A DNA stretch of 64,000 nucleotides, taken from an uncultured delta proteobacterium. GTDB lineage: Bacteria; Myxococcota_A; Polyangia; Polyangiales; JAFGIB01. Made by a program: the position numbers and the translations under genes. The notes below the pieces were generated by a model. The model was not told the origin of the DNA, did no database searches, and saw only the letters and a list, made by a program, of their open reading frames with translations. Shown in pieces: positions 58,978-64,000 of the stretch (position 1 is its first letter; every line of letters starts with the position of its first letter). The stretch is taken from assembly GCA_963778655.1 (NCBI GenBank), contig CAVZVA010000002.1:256001-320000 (forward strand), read 5' to 3'.

Positions 58978-59606
58978 CAGCCGGAGACCTTGGGATTGAG
59001 GGAGTAGGTGCCCACGATCGCGGCCTGGTCCAGCACGTGGCCCTTGATCGCAGCCAGCACGTCGTCGCGCGTGAACGCGCCTTCGACCGGACAGCGCGCG
59101 ACGTCTAGCGCGTACAACGTGAAGTGGTAGTGGTGCACGATCGCGTCGTTCCACGGCGGGCAGGGCCCGTCGTAGCCGAAGTAGCGGCCCGCCATCTCCT
59201 TGTCGCCCTCGAACCACTGCGTGTAGTTGTTCAGACCCTGGCGCGTGCCGCTCGGGCCCGCGGGCCCGAGCTTGCCGCGCGCGGTCACGCCCTCGGCGAA
59301 GGCGCCTTCCTGCAGCGGGCCCGCGCCCGCAGGCAGATCGACCAGCACCCAGTGCGTGAAATCGACCCGGGGCAGGCTGGCTGGCACCGTGACCCCTTCC
59401 TTGTTGACGTCGTCGGCCCGACTGGGCACGTCGGGATCGTGACAGATCAGCGCCAGCGACTTCGTGCTCGCGGGCAGCCCACTCCAGGCCAGCTGCGGGT
59501 TGCGATTGTCGGAAAGCGCGATGTGGCTCTCGGGATCGGGCTTGGCAAAGGCACAGCGCTCGGGAATCGCTGCGCCGTCCTTGAAGGTCTCGCTCGTCAG
59601 CTTCAT
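58977..59606 (-). CDS. YbhB/YbcL (PEBP/RKIP) family protein
   Basis: NPQLAWS, ICHDPDVP, FTHWVLVD, YDGPCPPWND..HHYHF. Confidence 0.93.
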   Translation of the reverse strand: MKLTSETFKDGAAIPERCAFAKPDPESHIALSDNRNPQLAWSGLPASTKSLALICHDPDVPSRADDVNKEGVTVPASLPRVDFTHWVLVDLPAGAGPLQEGAFAEGVTARGKLGPAGPSGTRQGLNNYTQWFEGDKEMAGRYFGYDGPCPPWNDAIVHHYHFTLYALDVARCPVEGAFTRDDVLAAIKGHVLDQAAIVGTYSLNPKVSG

Positions 59607-59818
59607 GGTCGTGGGCCTCCGGGGTGCGCGGGAGGTCTCCGACGCTGGCACACGAGCGCGCCGGCGTTCAAGGATCGCGTCGCGCGTGCAACCGTCCGTG
59701 CGTCGTTCACCCCTGGTCACCCGCGCAGGGTACGATATAGGCCTACATTGGCTACATACTCCGTCCCTGCGCCCACGCCTTGTTGCTGGCCCCTATGGGT
59801 CCCTGTATATGAGCGCGC

Positions 59819-60750
<932 letters not shown>

Positions 60751-60754
<4 letters not shown>

Positions 60755-63393
60755 CCTGGTCGATGAGCCCGCGGCGCGCGCTGACGCACGAGCCCAATCC
60801 CGCGCTGAGGGTGCTCAACCGCTGGTTCTTCGACAAGATTCAAGTCGACGACGCCTGGGTGCGCGAGGTTCGCGAGATCTCGCGGCGCGGCACCGTGGTC
60901 TACATCCTGCGCAACCTGAACCTGCTGGACTATCTCGCGCTCGACCACCTGACCAAGCGCTACGACCTGCCGCCGATTCGCTACGTCAACGATCATCACC
61001 TTGGGGGCGTGCTCGGGCCCAGAAACGGCGGGCTGCTGTCGGTGCTGACCAGCTTCGCCCAGCCCGCCGAGCCCGATCAGCTCCGCCTGGCCGTCGAGCA
61101 CGGCGACTCGGCCGCACTCTTCCTGAAGCGTCCGCCAGGTGTGATCGACGTGGCCGCCGGCGCCAGCGGCGGACGCGGGCTCAAAGAGGGCGACGAGCAC
61201 ATCCGCACGTTGATCCGCGAGCAGCGCAGGAGCAAGACGCCGATTCTGCTGGTGCCCCAGGTGTTCGTGTGGACTAACCGGCCGGATACCCAGGGCACGC
61301 AGCTGCTTGACTTCGTGCTCGGCCCGCGAGAGTGGCCGAGCCCGCTGCGCGCGCTCTGGCAGTTCCTGTACAACTTTCGCCACGTCGAGCTCAAGGCCGG
61401 AGAGCCGCTCGACCTCGGCCACTATCTCGAGACCGAAACCGATTGCTCCGACGACGTGCACGTGCGCCGCATCATCTACGCGATGCTGCGCCGGCTGGAG
61501 CGCGAGCGCCGGACCGTGACCGGGCCCGCGCAGCAACGGCCCGACCGCCAGCGGCTGCAGGTGCTGCGCAGCCCCAAGCTGCAGAGCGCGATCACGCGCA
61601 TGGCCGGAGAGCGGGCGGAGGACCGCGCAGCGCTCAACCGGCGCGTGCTGGGCCTGCTGCGCGAGATGCAGGCCACACCCGACACCGCGACGATCAAAGG
61701 CCTCGAGGTGCTGCTCGACCGGGTCTTTCACCGCATCTACGCCGGCATCGAGATCGACCTGCCGGGCATGCAGCGCCTGCGCGAGCTCAACAAGGAAGCC
61801 TCGCTGGTGCTGCTGCCGAGCCACAAGAGCCACGTCGACTACCTGGTGCTCTCCTTCATCTTCAACGAGCGCAACCTGCAGATGCCGATGATCGCCGCCG
61901 GCGACAACCTGGCGTTCTTTCCGCTCGGCCCAATCCTGCGGCGCGCGGGCGGCTTCTTCATCAGGCGCTCGTTTCGCGGCGACAAGCTGTACTCGGCCGT
62001 GGTGGAGGCCTACGTGCGTCGCCTGATGCGCGACGGCTACACGCTCGAGATCTTCCTCGAGGGAGGACGCAGCCGCACCGGCAAGCTGCTCGAGCCGAAA
62101 TTCGGGCTACTGGCGATGATCGTGGACGCGGCCTTGAGCCTGCCCAAGCGCCAGGTGCTGTTCGTGCCGATCAGCATCGGCTACGAGCGCATCATCGAGA
62201 CCGGCTCGTACGGTCACGAGCTGACCGGCGGCGAGAAGCACAAGGAAGACGCGGCGGGTCTATTCAAGACCACCGAGGTGCTGCGTCACCGCTACGGTCG
62301 AATCGATGTGCAATTCGGCCAGGCGCTGTCGCTGGCCGAGATCCGGCGCGAGCTGCAGCTCGAGCCGGACGCGGAGCTGACGGCGGCCAAGCGACGCGCG
62401 CTGGTGATGCGGCTCGCGAACCGCGCGATGGACGAGATCAACTGCGTGACGGCGGTGACCCCGGGCGCGCTTACCGCGCTGGCGCTCCTGAGCGATCGCC
62501 GCAGGAGCGTGGCGCACGAGGAGCTGGTCGAGCGCTGCGAAAAGCTGCTTTCGGTGCTGCTGCACATGGGCGCGCGCGTGACCGCTTCGATGGTGTCCGG
62601 CACGGAGCTGCGACCCGAGGCGATCCGCGAGGCGGTGCAGATGTACGCCGAGGCCGAGCTGCTCGAGGCCTACAGGCCGGGCGACTCGGTGGCGCCGATC
62701 GAACGCCGAGTGCAGCGCTCGGGCGACGGGGTGGTGTACCGCATCCCCGAGCGCAAGCGGCTCGAGCTAGACACCTCGAAGAACCACATCGTGCACTTCT
62801 TCGTCGAACGCGGGCTGGTCGCCGTGGCCGTGCTGTATCGTCCCGGAGCGCCGGCAGCGGTGGCAGCGGTGCGCGAGCGCGCGCTGGGCATCTCGCGCCT
62901 GTTCAAGCACGAGTTTCGCTTTCGTGCCGATTGCAGCGCCGATGAGATCTTCGACTGCACCCTGGGCGCGATGCTGGCACGCGGGGAGCTGGCACGCACC
63001 GGCCGCGACTCGATCGAGGTAGGTCCGGGCGCAGACGGCTGGCCCGGCGTGGCGTGGCTGCAGCTCTATGCCTCGACGGTGCGCAACTTTCTGGAAGGCT
63101 ACCGGATCGCGGCGCGCGGGCTGGCGCAGCTGCTGCGCGGCCCTATGAGTGAGAAAGAGCTGCTGCGCCGCACGCTGGTGCTGGGCGACCGCATGTTCTT
63201 GAGCAGCGAGGTCGAGCTGCGCGAGGCGGTGAGCAAGCCGCTGTTCACCAACGCGCTCACCGCGTTTCGCGAGGAAGGTTACCTGCGCCTGCGCGAGGGC
63301 AAGTACGCGCTCACCGACTCCTTCGAGACGCCCGAGGCGGTGGCCGCGATCGAGGGACGCATCGCCGGTTATTGCACGAGCTTCACGGCGTGA
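60751..63393 (+). CDS. plsB: Glycerol-3-phosphate acyltransferase (PlsB-like)
   Basis: SHKSHVDY (HX4D), [26 protein letters not shown]; start is GTG 60751 or ATG 60763. Confidence 0.88.
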
Positions 63394-63403
63394 GGTGGCG
63401 GCG

Positions 63404-64000
63404 ATGACGGCCGCGAGACGCCGCGCCGTTCTGATTGCCGGCGGCTCGCTGCTCGCGGCGGCCGAATTGTGGGCTCCCGCGTTTCGCTCGCTGCAGGCGA
63501 CCGGGTTCGGCGACTGGCAGCTCTTCCACCACATGTGGGAAGCGGGTTTCGTCGCGCTCACGCGCTATCACGAGTGGCCGCTGTGGGATCCCTACCACTG
63601 CGGCGGCATCACCATCCTGGGCAATCCGGAGAGCCAGCACCTCTCGCCGCTGTATCTGCTGCTGGCGTTGCTGGCGGAGCCGACGCTCGGCAGCAAGCTG
63701 TTCCTGCTGGTACACGCGTGGGCCGGCTTCGCCGGCATGTACCTGCTTGCGCGGCGCAGCTACGGGCTCGGCGTGCCGGGCGCAGTGCTGGCCAGCCTGG
63801 CTTGGGCGGCGTCGGGTTTCTTCGTCTCGCACGGCTCGGGCGGACACATCACGTTCCTGCCGTTCTACCTCACACCCTGGGTGCTGCTGAGCTGGCGTGC
63901 GGCGGCGCGCGATTCGCGCTACGCGGCCGCGGTGGCGGGTCTGCTCGCGCTCACGCTGGCGGAGGGCGGCGTCTATCCCTTCCCCTACCTGCTGTTGTTG
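63404..64000 (+). CDS. YfhO-like GT-C membrane glycosyltransferase (runs off right edge)
   Basis: Manually translated: GFGDW..WPLWDPYHCGGITILGNPES..AGFAGMYLLAR; multiple TMs. Confidence 0.7.
   Translation, partial: MTAARRRAVLIAGGSLLAAAELWAPAFRSLQATGFGDWQLFHHMWEAGFVALTRYHEWPLWDPYHCGGITILGNPESQHLSPLYLLLALLAEPTLGSKLFLLVHAWAGFAGMYLLARRSYGLGVPGAVLASLAWAASGFFVSHGSGGHITFLPFYLTPWVLLSWRAAARDSRYAAAVAGLLALTLAEGGVYPFPYLLLL

Overview
Very GC-rich chromosomal DNA whose gene content points to Myxococcota, probably Polyangiales. The clues are Cys/Gly-rich lipoproteins, ECF/anti-sigma cassettes, a Ser/Thr kinase, a giant TPR protein and a globin-coupled kinase; the taxonomy is inferred from content only. About 55 real CDS are present and most of the supplied ORF track is GC-rich shadow ORFs. 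I found no rRNA, tRNA, CRISPR array, transposase or prophage. Highlights: (1) An ECF sigma/anti-sigma cassette (26.6-29.5 kb, minus strand) has a leaderless promoter-like motif, ACRGAWCS-N11-GCATTAA, that recurs with identical spacing in front of an unannotated ~100-nt terminator-ended candidate sRNA just downstream of the cassette, and again in front of a GbsR/MarR regulator 19 kb away. (2) A second ECF/FecR cassette has a different motif, TGAGC-N17-GGAACT, which is shared with a downstream lipoprotein gene. (3) A 12.5-kb putative O2/redox-sensing island encodes an FNR-like regulator, a globin-coupled kinase, a REC-PAS kinase, a sigma54 activator, an RpoH-like sigma, three CBS proteins (one with a CxxCxxCxxxC motif), two USPs and MlaEFD, with three sigma54 promoter matches. 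(4) There is a second C-rich candidate sRNA at ~4.2 kb, a 171-bp MITE, an 87-bp palindromic tandem repeat and a dispersed hairpin family. Two genes are split by single-base frameshifts that may be sequencing errors. All product calls come from motifs read by eye; no database searches were run.
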